In this document: piece after piece, positions 52,901 to 63,742 of the stretch
Position numbering within the stretch: position 1 is the stretch's first letter
How the letters are laid out: every line of letters begins with the position of its first letter
From: Yuukianura sp. NJ FZ-2021
Lineage: Eukaryota
Assembly: GCA_046563655.1 (NCBI GenBank)
Contig: CM102287.1
Location: 5,518,001 to 5,582,000 of the forward strand
Length of the DNA: 64,000 bases
Direction: 5' to 3'
Translations under genes and position numbers: made by a program
Notes under the pieces: generated by a model
What the model was told of the DNA's origin: nothing
What the model saw: the letters and a program-made list of their open reading frames with translations, nothing else
Databases searched by the model: none

Positions 52901-55900
52901 ATAAAAGAAACTGAGAGCACAGTCGCCATTTTACTTATTTTAGAGCCAAGGAGCGGCCAAGTTGAAGTCCAAAAACACTTTTAAAGTCTCCTGGAACAAC
53001 TTTTGAGAGGAAGAACGAACAAATTGCATTGGTAAATAAGTATTATGGTAAACATGAGAAAACCACAAGGAATACCAAGTGTTGTTTCAACTGTCAAGGT
53101 TTCCCAAGAGTTATGACTCCTAACGACCAACTAACCAACATAGGCCAAAGTGAGATTTTTTTAACCTCAAAAACCGATGAATCTTCCAGAAATGTTAAAA
53201 TCTCCACCTTTCCCGCCCTTGTACATAGTTCAAACACTAGTAGCACCAACTTTTGAAGTTTTCAAAAAAAAAGTTTTCAAAAAATGCTCAACATTTCTGC
53301 TCGGAGCAGCATCAAATCGTCAGTCAGATCCGCATCTTCTTCAACCCTATAACTTTACACCTCTCATAAATTTTAAAGAGCACCTCTCAGAAGTTTCCAC
53401 CTCGAAGGCTTTTCCTAAACAAAATTCAAAAATCTTTGAACCTCTTACATCTCCGTGCTACACAATTTTCATAATTTCAAATTTCACATGTTCTTGGCTC
53501 CACAATCACTTAAAAGTTAAAAGTTAACTGTACCCTCTTACTACTTCTACTTGCCTTATTCTTTATTACTCCCACTAGATTCATTAAGTCTTTGCCTCTC
53601 AAAAAGTTGAATCTTGAATCAAAACTTGCCTTTTGTGTTTTCAAAATTTAAAATTCAGGTCAGCAGAGTCAGGTTTCAGTAACCAAAAAGACACACGAAT
53701 CATTTCTCTGCTCTTTCCATTAGTAATACTCCAAGAAATTCTTCTGCAACATTGCAGGTTTCCTAAAAAGCTCGTTAGGCCTGTCATGCAGTCTACTCCT
53801 CCTTCCTTTGTCAAAAAACATGAAACAAACATTTTCTTTTGACCAAACACCTCAAAAACAAGGAGCTCCTTCGTTCCTTTTGCGCCAAAAATTCCCAGCG
53901 TCTCCCAGAAACCAAAAAGGTCAAAGGTCACGTCCTGGTCCATCACGCCTTGTTCCAATTCCCACTTGAGACCAAAACACACTAACGTTTACGACACGCT
54001 TAGGCCATAACTCCTTACGTTATTGGTTTTAGGTTTAGGTTAGACTAACCCTGTTCGTTCCCGCCGGAATTCTAAAGCACTTTGGAAGAGAAAGGTGCCT
54101 CACGTAGTTTTAATTATAGCCTCAAATGCATTCATTTTAAGGCCCTAATGGCTTTACCTAATGGAAAGGCCATGTTTAAGGGGCCCTGCGTGTATCACAA
54201 TGTTTTTCCCCTCATAATACCGTATTTACCCTCCCGAGGAAACGTGTAAATGAAATAAATTAATTCTACACGACCCATCTTGTTTTATGATAAACCCTTA
54301 AGTATTACCCCTCATACCTGGAAGTTTTCCCATTTCCCCTCTTACCTCTTCCATTTCACCATTTCCTCAGTATTACCTCATGCTAAAGAGGTAAAGTGGA
54401 CCATTAAAGACCGTCCACCTTCCAGGGAAAGGAAAACTTTCATTGGACTTTTATGATACTCTCTCCCTGCTCTCATCGCCTCAAAATTTCAACAGAGGGT
54501 GGATCTGCACGAAATTTTTTTTAAGTGAAAACGCTAACAACATTTTCGTCTTCCCAAGATCTCATCTTCTCTCATAAATTAAAACAGTTTTAAAACACTT
54601 TTGAAAAAAAGAGTCGAAAACACCCAAAAATCAAATACTGAAATTTTATTATCTCCATTTAAGTCCCTGTGGTTAGTCTTCTTGTCGTGTTTGCTCAGAA
54701 CACTCTCAATTTCTCCACACGCAAAAACAGTTTGAAATTAGACGTTCCAAATAAATTTTTAAGCAGTAAAAGAAAAGTAAAACGATTTTCATTTCCTGAT
54801 TGCTCATAAAAATTGAAACATTTGAAAGTTCTACTGCTGGCAGTAACTCTTTCTCTGTCTAATAACTACTAACTGCCAAAAGGTAATTCGAGCTGAGCCA
54901 AGACCCCAAATTTCAAAATTTTATTTTTTTGAAAAGTTTGAAGGAGGAGCCGAGTTCGAAAAATTATGAGCTCTATGCTTACAAATTATTTATGGGAAAA
55001 TATTTTCCAAACTTTACAAATGAAAAAATACATACTGCAGAGTCCAAATATGGCCAGCACATGCTCTATTTCTCACCGGAAACACACCCTGTACACGTCA
55101 GAATCAATTTGGCAACATTTTGAACTTGTTCATTTCACAAATGGCAAGAAAATTTTTATCAGACTAGTTTATGTCTAATGTTGCCAAAATTTAGTCTACG
55201 ATCCTGTCAAAGTCAAAAGTCGATTTCTCCTCTCTACTCCAATTATTCCGCCTTTTGTTTTTTCATTTCCTTTTCACCTAACTTAAAAGTCTAATTTATT
55301 TGTTAGCCTAACTTTTTGTGGTTTCTGTTCTTGTCATCCTCATTAGATAGAAACTTGATAGAATAACTTTCGCATGTCGGAATGCCAAATGCCATTGACC
55401 ACATCATATTCTTTCCAATTTGAGCCACACCCACTAAAATCATCTTCTTTTTTTCTCACAACAATTCCTCAGCTCAGACTCTCAGATGGATCAGATAATT
55501 TCACTTGCCATACAATACGCATCCTCTGTCATTCCAATTATTCCGCAAAGGTGAGACACAAGACACACATCTCAGATAGCCTAACCTAATCTCTTAACCT
55601 AACTCAGCTAACCTTCATGACCTCTAGCCTATGCCCATCAATCCATGTCACTCATGTTGCAAATAACACTTAAATAGCTTGAAAAATTTCCACCTCCGCC
55701 TCATGCCCTGATTTCTGTTGCGGAAATGGCATAAAAATTGGCAAATATTTGCAAAATTATTTTGCAAATTCTTCACCCCCATTAAATTCAAATCCATGCA
55801 CACTCCATTACCGTAACCAAAGCTCAATGCTCAAGAGTCAAATTGCAGAATCGAGATTGTTACAATTCGATTAGGTTAACCTAACAATTTGAAATAGAGC

Positions 55901-58879
55901 TACTAAAGAGGTCATTAGGTTCTCTCTTCCTATAAATAAAGTACTAATACAAAAATCATGGGCAGGGCCAAGTCCATTAAGCCTCTGGGAACTATGTAAT
56001 CGATCCTTCACCAAACATTTCATTACGAACGAGGCCACCAGCCCCTTAAATACAAATCCCAACAATAGACACACCAAATAAATCTTAAGGGATCCATAAG
56101 CCCTTGGGTGATGTTAGGCTAACATACACCATAACCTAACCTATACTCCTAATGGATTCTAATTTGTGATCTTCCCTTGTCAACAACAAAGCACTTCGCC
56201 AAGGAATGGATCTTTAACGCTCTCCACCTATCCTAATCTTTGAGTTGACACCATGCCCAAGTGCTCTGCCGTGAATCTCTAAATAATCCATTGTTTACCG
56301 ATTCCTTTGTTCTTTCAATCCATCCAGCGACAACTGACGCCTCACAATTAAGGCCACTCTACGTCCAAATTAGAAGACACGGGCCTAATGGGTTCCTAAA
56401 GAGTCAGGATTTAGGACTAAATGGGATCTAGAATACAGTTTTCTCGCTTAAGATTCTAGAATTTTAGTGTTCTAGAATCCAGAATCTTAGTTTTCTAGAT
56501 TTTAGATCTCTGGTGGAAATGGGATTGCACGATCTCTGCCAAATGTCTTCCTGTCACCATTCAGCCTGTCTTAAACACAACAACGAAATTAGTAATCCAT
56601 TGGCTCCATTTTTAGTTCAACCTTTGACACTCCGGCGTCACATTCATCTCAACTTCAAACATTCAAACACGTCCCGTGTGAACTCAAATGTCACGTTACA
56701 TCTAATTTCTCACATTCAACAAAAGTTTAAAAAATACACACGAAAAGTTTGGAAAAAGCAAACACAAACTTTGTTCAAAAAGAAAAACGCATTACAAAAT
56801 TGCGGCGTTTCAGTTCACCGAATTTTTTCCCCCGCCCATCACAACTCTCCGTGGAATTTCGCGTAGTTTTTAAGCTCTTCGTTAGATTCAAAACAAACGT
56901 TGAAACGGCAGTGTCCAAACTAACTAGGTTTTGGTCGTGTTGACTTTTGGATTTTAGGTACAGAAAACTAATATTTGGTTAGTGGGGAGTAACTATATAA
57001 GAAAAAAGTAACTTTGGACAGGTTAAGTAGTCAGTCGGAGGAGCTTCCAGGAAGGAACAAAAAGACTTGGCTTGACTGACACTTAACAGGCAGAAGGGGG
57101 ACGGGGAAGCATTATTCCCTTTAATCCTCATACATTTTTTAACGTTTAAACTCAAAATGGCCTCGAACGTACAAAACAAAGGAAAATACTATTAGAAGAA
57201 GACGCTCTTTCACATAACAAAGTCAATTATTTTTGAAAACACAAAAATAACATGAACCAACTTTCCTCATAATCATAATAATCCCTATTCTTTTCTATTA
57301 TTAACATTAACATGACTCATACAACTTGTCATTACGTCTTCACAACAAAATTTCCACAATTCTAATCAATCTTCAAGATATTCTCCAGAAATTCCTTCGT
57401 ACAAGATATATGCACTGAAACTGTGAATTTAAAATTTCGCACAGAAACTTTTCCAAAATTTTCTTCAGCGGTATTAACAAAGTTGAAATTCAACGTTTTT
57501 TTTTTACAATTTCGCGCGTCATTTTAATCACTTTTCATGTTCAACAGCTACGTGTACGCATTTCTTGGCCAGGAGCATCTCAGAATTTTTTTTAAATTTA
57601 CCCCACGAGGGATGGTAAAAATTATGATTGGCGTCGAAATTTTTAAATTTTTTACAATTGTTTTTTTCACTCTGCGACAGTGCTGAATGAGTGTATGCGT
57701 CAAGGGAAAAGTGGACTTCGTTTTTATCCTTTTTTTTATCTCTTATCGTCTTATCCCGTAAGTTATCTCATAAAATTTCAGTTCAAATCCATAATCCTTT
57801 ATCCCATTCCTATTCTATTTCCAGAAACTGTAACAACAGAAACAATTCTTTAGCAAAACACACGAATCTTATGTGTAAACCTTCCCTTGTTCTGCTCACG
57901 GCGTCGTTAGTCTCGTATTTACTTTTCTCTCTTCCCTCCTGGTCCAGTGGCCTAATAAATCCACAGTGGAACGTTTCCTCAAAAACTATTGTTATTTTGA
58001 ACATACAGAAAAACATAAGGTTAAAGCTCCACCAAAGTTATGGAAGTTAGCCACCGGAGCTTTTTCTGAACATTAATTCAACCACACAGTTATTACTCGG
58101 CACAGAAAGCTTAGACTTAGCTCCACCACTAATCTCATCCGTCTTTCTCCATTTTCAGATCCAGATCCAGCAGAACTCAACTCATCGAGGTCAGGTCACC
58201 CAAAGCACACAATAACAAAAGAAGGAGATCAACAACCCATGGAAGTGCCTTGTGTTTAGTAGCCATTCCAAGTCTTGGAAACCCACCTAGCCACTGCATT
58301 TGTTAACCTTATACCCACACAGTGTAAGCCAAAATAACAAAAGAATAAGCACTCAACAACTTCTGGGTAGAAGGAAAAAGAACTCATTCATCTCCCTACT
58401 TCATCTCCACTCGAGGTCTCTCTCAGTCCATTTGCAAAGCTCCAGGGGGACACAGCTCCACCATAACCTGTACCTGGTGGTCCAACTTCTAAATATTCAA
58501 GTTACAATAGCCTAACATTTGGACTAAACTTATTATTTTCGAGCCACCACCACTTGTGTTACCCGGAAACTGTCAAAGTTTCGGTTTTTTCCCGGGGCAC
58601 GCCATGGTTTTGGAAAGTGGAAGTTGAAGTGGAGTGCGATTTTGGTGAAAGGATGAAGGATGAGCCGCAAGCATTCTTGTTTTGGGAACTGTAAATACTT
58701 CAAAATTCCCTTTGACAACTGACGACAAGTGGTTTTCTTGAAGCATAGCGTCGAAGACTATGCGGTGGTGACCAGATTTCACCATCCGAAAGAGGTTAGG
58801 TTTTTGGCCTAACCCAAAAACAGAATGTTAGTGACAACTTAATCTTTTCTGAAGTGACTCTTTCGAAAAAACCGAAAAA

Positions 58880-60161
58880 ATGAGTCTGTTGACAAGGACA
58901 GTGACAGTGAAAGTGCTGCCGAGCATCAGGGACGCCCTATTTCTCAAAATCCTTCTCCTGCTATGTCCACTTTCCTTGTCCTTTCACTCTGGCCCAGACT
59001 GTCAGTGGACAATTGAGGACGGAGTAGACCGTCTGTCGTGTGCCGTGTCTGGACAACGTCTTATAGTAGAAGAAGATGTCTTTGGAATTGGTCCAGAACA
59101 TGCAAAGTCTCTCTGGGTCAACTGTGACAGTCGAGCGGGAACCTCCGAGTCCAATAACGCTTTTGTTCTCTCTCATGGCGTATTTATGGCTGTTCCAAAT
59201 CTAAGAGATTTACGACTCGACCACTGCCGAATCGCTGGAATTACTCCAGGTGCTTTGTCCTACTTGCCCTACCTCCAGAACTTAACTTTGCATGCCCACA
59301 CTAGTCTCCCTACGCGTTGGACGTCACCCACCACAGCTCCGTTGACCTTGGAGGTCAAACCTGGTGTCTTTCATGGACTTCCAGAACTCAAGCGCCTTGA
59401 CCTCTCTACAACTAGTCTCAGTAGTCTTCCGCCAGACTTCCTCTGTTACCTTCCTTCCCTAACTTATCTTAACTTAACTGGATCTTGGCTTCGGGACTTC
59501 CGGGCAATAGGACTCCAGCCACCAGATCCAACCAGCCCTTCCAGCTCTTGCGGAACGCACATCAGCGTCCTTGATCTCTCCAGTAACCATTTTACTCTGC
59601 TCCCTCCAGCGACATTTCTGGGAGTGAAGGAACTGACTAGACTAAGCCTAGATTTCAATTCAATCACACTGGCAGCCGAAAGAGCTTTGCTAGGACTCAG
59701 TCAACTGGAATCTTTTTCTATTGCTGGAAATCAACTCACTTCACTCCCGCCTGAATTCTTCAAGGATAATCGGCTCCTTAAAGAAATTCATCTCCAGAAC
59801 AATTCCCTTGGTGTTCTCGCTCCAGGACTTTTCAATGGGCTTAGTCATCTGACAACGTTGGACTTGGCTAGCAATGACCTCAGTTCAGAGTGGGTCAATG
59901 GAGAGACTTTTAAGGGCCTCCTGCGCCTCAATTACCTTGGATTGGGGAACAATCGCCTTACAAAAATTGATAATGTTCTGTTCCGTGACCTCTACAGTCT
60001 CCAAGTTCTCAATTTAGAAAATAATAAGATCCATCATATAAGTGAAGAAGCGTTGGCGGGAATGTACAATCTTCATACGCTGATTCTATCACACAACCAC
60101 TTGAAAACGCTGGACCAGCGAATCTGCAATGGACTTTTTCTACTCAGCTATCTAATTATCG
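58880..60161 (+). CDS. Toll coding exon 1 (signal peptide, LRRs)
   Basis: aaaATG start; G|gtaagt donor; 1282 nt. Confidence 0.93.
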
Positions 60162-63100
60162 GTAAGTAAAATAAAAAAAATTAGAGAAAGTTTTCAGTGT
60201 TGAGGAATTGACCTGTAATAAAAAGGACGTCAAAATTCTAAAAAGAAAAAACAAGCATATCAATATTGTTAGACAAACGTTTCCGGAAGTCTAAGAATTC
60301 AAACGAAAGAATCTTGAATACTTTAACTTTAACCAAAAGAAGAATAACTTCTTGAAAAAGGTGGAAAGTTGGAGAAAATTTCGAAAAGTGAAAGTCGAAA
60401 AAATTAAAATCGACTTTGTCAGAAATCCACCTCGTTCAAAAAAAAATTCCACTCTACGTTCCTCAAATGCGATTTTGATTTAAGTTTCGCCGCTGGGTTA
60501 CTCGCAGAAAATCATAATTTAAAAAAAAATAAGTTTTTGAAACACCGCAAATTCTAAGTATTTGAAAATGCGAGTGAACTTCTGAACTTGAAAAAATCTC
60601 GGAAAAATGAAAGTAAAAAAAAAATTCCATTTGTCATATTTCAACGTCGTTCAAAACATTTCCTAGTCAATTCAAGGCAGAAACAATTTCATTACAGTTC
60701 CTCCATGGTTGCTTTCAGATTGCAAGATAAAGTACAATCAATTTGAGCGTATACTTTACACACGTAAACTTTTTTTTTGTTCCTGTTTAGACAACAACAG
60801 GATCGAGAATGTAGGTCCGGAGAGCTTTAAAAACTGTACAAACGTCGAAGATTTGAATTTGAGCGGGAACAAGTTAAAAGCAATTCCAGAAGCCATTAGC
60901 CAACTGAGTCTCCTCCGAACTCTGGATCTTGGAGAAAACGAATTAACAGAAATTCGCAACGCTTCTTCCTACCAGTGGAAGTACCTCTACGGCTACAGAC
61001 TCACTGGGAACCGAATTCGGTCTGTTTCTAAAGACGCCTTTGTCCATCTCACTTCTCTAAAAATCATCAATTTGGCTGAAAATAACATCACAAGTCTGGA
61101 ACCCGGAACGTTCGACTCCAATCCTAACCTCCATGCTATTCGACTCGACGTCAACAAACTCCACAACATCAGTGGACTTTTTCGCAACATTCCGAACTTA
61201 CTTTGGCTCAACATCTCCGGAAATCTGTTGACAACCTTAGACTATGGCGACTTGCCACCTCGTCTCCAGCTACTCAATTTACAGTTCAACAAAATCATTA
61301 CTCTTGGTTCAACACTTGACATTGAGCAACAACGGATACGAACATTAGGTAAGGCACAACAAAACTTGTATTTTTAAACTTCGTATTTGAGATTTTCATG
61401 AAAAATTCCTAACCTACCTAACCTAACTTCCTGAACAATTATTATAAAACTTAGTTACACAAATCAAATTGAGCCAATGAGAAAAACTTTCACTCTGACG
61501 GAAATTTCCCATCGCTGATTTTTTTTTGTTTCAGATTTGTCTCACAATCATTTAGAAGAAATTGGATCTTCAAACTTGCCAGAATCAATTGAAAAACTGA
61601 TTTTGAACAACAACAAAATTTCTGTTATTCAACCTTACACATTTTTCCGGAAACCGAATCTAACCAGAGTGGATCTTTCCTACAATCACTTGGTGAAATT
61701 GGATCAAAACGCCCTCAGACTTTCACCCGGACGCCCCGGGAAACACTCCGCATCTGTAGAAATACTCATAGGACACAACCCACTCACATGTAAGTAACTT
61801 TTTTTCACAGAATTTCGTTGCAAAATTTGAAAAAAAAACGAAAGTCCCGAAACACCTATCCAGATAAGTTGAGTCTTTAGCTGGGAATGCAACCGAACTA
61901 AAAAAAACAAACAAATCGAAATCAACCAAACATTGATACTTCAGATACCATCCTGAAATTGATTCAGTTTTTATAGAATTCGGCGTCGTTAATTTCTTCT
62001 ATTTTCCTAAGCAAGAGAATTTGCCTTTGCCTACTGGCACAGTTTCACGGAATCCTCGGTCCAATTGGAAACTAAAATATGAATTTTTAGGTGACTGTAC
62101 AATGGAATGGCTCCAGAGCATCAGTGGACGCATGTCACAAGATCCGAATGCCCATTACCCGGTGATTTTGGACGCTTCAGAAATCCAGTGCTCTCTGTCC
62201 TTTGACCGTACGCTTGAAAACTTTTCTCATATCAAGGCTCCCCCAAGCCAGTTTCTGTGCAAATACGACAGCCACTGCTTCTCATCTTGTCATTGCTGCG
62301 ACTTTGACGCCTGCGGTAAGTCTCAACTTTTACTATTTCTACAATTTTCCTACATTCAAAAACCTAACACAAAAACCTTAACGTTTCAAAATTATAACAA
62401 GAAACACGTTTAACAAAATCCTGAAGAGTGAATACTGTTCGGATTGAAATGGTTAACTTAATCAAGACGACTAACTAAACATCACGTAGAGATGAATTTA
62501 GACGTTTATTGAATTAAACACAAAATCTAACCCCTAACCTTAAAGAAATTAAACTTAACTTAACATTTCGTTTCACAGACTGCGAAATGAGTTGTCCCAA
62601 GAACTGTTCCTGCTACCACGACCAAGGTTGGTCCACAAACGCCGTCGACTGCTCAATGTTAGAACAAACCCAAATTCCTGGACGGATTCCCATGGACGTC
62701 ACTTCTCTATTCCTGGACGGAAACATTTTTCCGTCCTTGGATTCCCATGCCTTCATTGGACACAAGAACCTCAGAGCCCTCTACCTCAACGCATCTCACG
62801 TCGAGGTCATTCAGAACCGCTCGTTCCACGGTCTCAAGCAACTCAGCATCCTCCACCTCGAAAACAACTTTATCGAGCGCCTCGACGGATTTGAATTTGA
62901 CGAACTCGAGAATCTCGAAGAGCTTTACTTGCAACAAAACAGTATTTCATGGATTTCAAATCAAACTTTCGCGCCACTTCTGCGTCTGCGCGTCCTCTAC
63001 CTCCATGGAAACAACTTCGTGGACTTGCCAATTTGGTCTGTGACAACAGGCGTAGGTCGCCTGAGCAGAACTCTGACTGACCTCACCCTCAGGGGTAACG

Positions 63101-63742
63101 AGTGGTCCTGTGACTGTGGATTTACTACAACCATGAGGGAGTGGCTACTTGAAAATCGTGCCAAAATTAGTGACGTGAGCCAAATCCACTGTGTTGACCA
63201 AGTGCCCCCCTCCCCTTCACCGAATACTGCCAATTCCCCCAAGGACTCAGAAGGCGGAACAGACGTTGTCGTCGTTCGACTTTTGGACCAGAGAAACCAC
63301 CGCTGTTCATCTTCCACTGACCTCAGCGTTCTGGAACCCTCGACAAAAGAAAGTTCAACCTGGACAGACTACATTCCGCTCATTTCCGCCCTCGCTACTG
63401 CCCTACTTGTGTTCCTGATCGTCATGTCCATGTCGTTCTACTGGCGACAACCCCTACGCGTGTGGTTCTTTGCAAAATGTGGTGTTCGTTTGGCCTCCTG
63501 CCGAGAACCGATGGCTGAGAGGGACAAACTGTTTGACGCCTTCGTTTCGTACAGTTCCAAGGACGAAGCTTGGGTGAGACAAGTTTTGGCCACGGAATTG
63601 GAGCGACAAGATCCACCTTTTCGGTTGTGTCTTCGCTACAGAGATTTACCCACCGGTGGGACCTACTTGGCCGATACGATTGTCCAAGCATCGGAGGCAT
63701 CTCGTAGAACAGTATTAGTCCTCTCACATCACTTCCTCAAAG
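58880..63742 (+). CDS. Toll-like receptor, multiple-cysteine-cluster type, of the 18w/Toll-6/Toll-7/Tollo group (closest by eye to Tollo/Toll-6). Exons: 58880-60161, 60791-61348, 61535-61789, 62091-62315, 62579-63742. 1161 codons seen; 3'-partial.
   Basis: N-terminal hydrophobic signal, long LRR array (LxxLxLxxN), HNPLTCDC, the diagnostic [34 protein letters not shown], a second LRR block, GNEWSCDC, a TM helix (YIPLISALATALLVFLIVMSMSFYW) and TIR box 1 (KLFDAFVSYSSKDE...LCLRYRDLP). All joins are GT-AG and in frame. Confidence 0.96.
60791..61348 (+). CDS. Toll coding exon 2 (LRRs)
   Basis: gtttag acceptor; G|gtaagg donor; 558 nt. Confidence 0.94.
61535..61789 (+). CDS. Toll coding exon 3 (LRRs, start of LRRCT)
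   Basis: tttcag acceptor; T|gtaagt donor; 255 nt. Confidence 0.94.
62091..62315 (+). CDS. Toll coding exon 4 (LRRCT / cysteine cluster)
   Basis: ttttag acceptor; G|gtaagt donor; 225 nt. Confidence 0.94.
62579..63742 (+). CDS. Toll coding exon 5 (LRRNT, LRRs, LRRCT, TM, N-terminal part of TIR)
   Basis: tcacag acceptor; AAAG|gtacgt donor; 1164 nt; the next exon lies beyond the window. Confidence 0.94.

Noticed and set aside
53641..53982. Minus-strand ORF containing MDQDVTFDLFG, resembling LSD1 [11 protein letters not shown]
   Set aside because: Only a few identities, no flanking similarity and no suitable splice sites
56425..56510. Degenerate TCTAGA/TTAG run
   Set aside because: Low-complexity local repeat with no defined unit or boundaries
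652..58785. The many remaining 60-160-aa ORFs in the track
   Set aside because: F/K/L/S/N-biased translations typical of AT-rich non-coding DNA, often with non-ATG starts; no transposase, reverse transcriptase or other domain recognised
58961..63727. Antisense and alternative-frame ORFs overlapping the Toll exons
   Set aside because: Shadows of the real coding frame with no independent protein features
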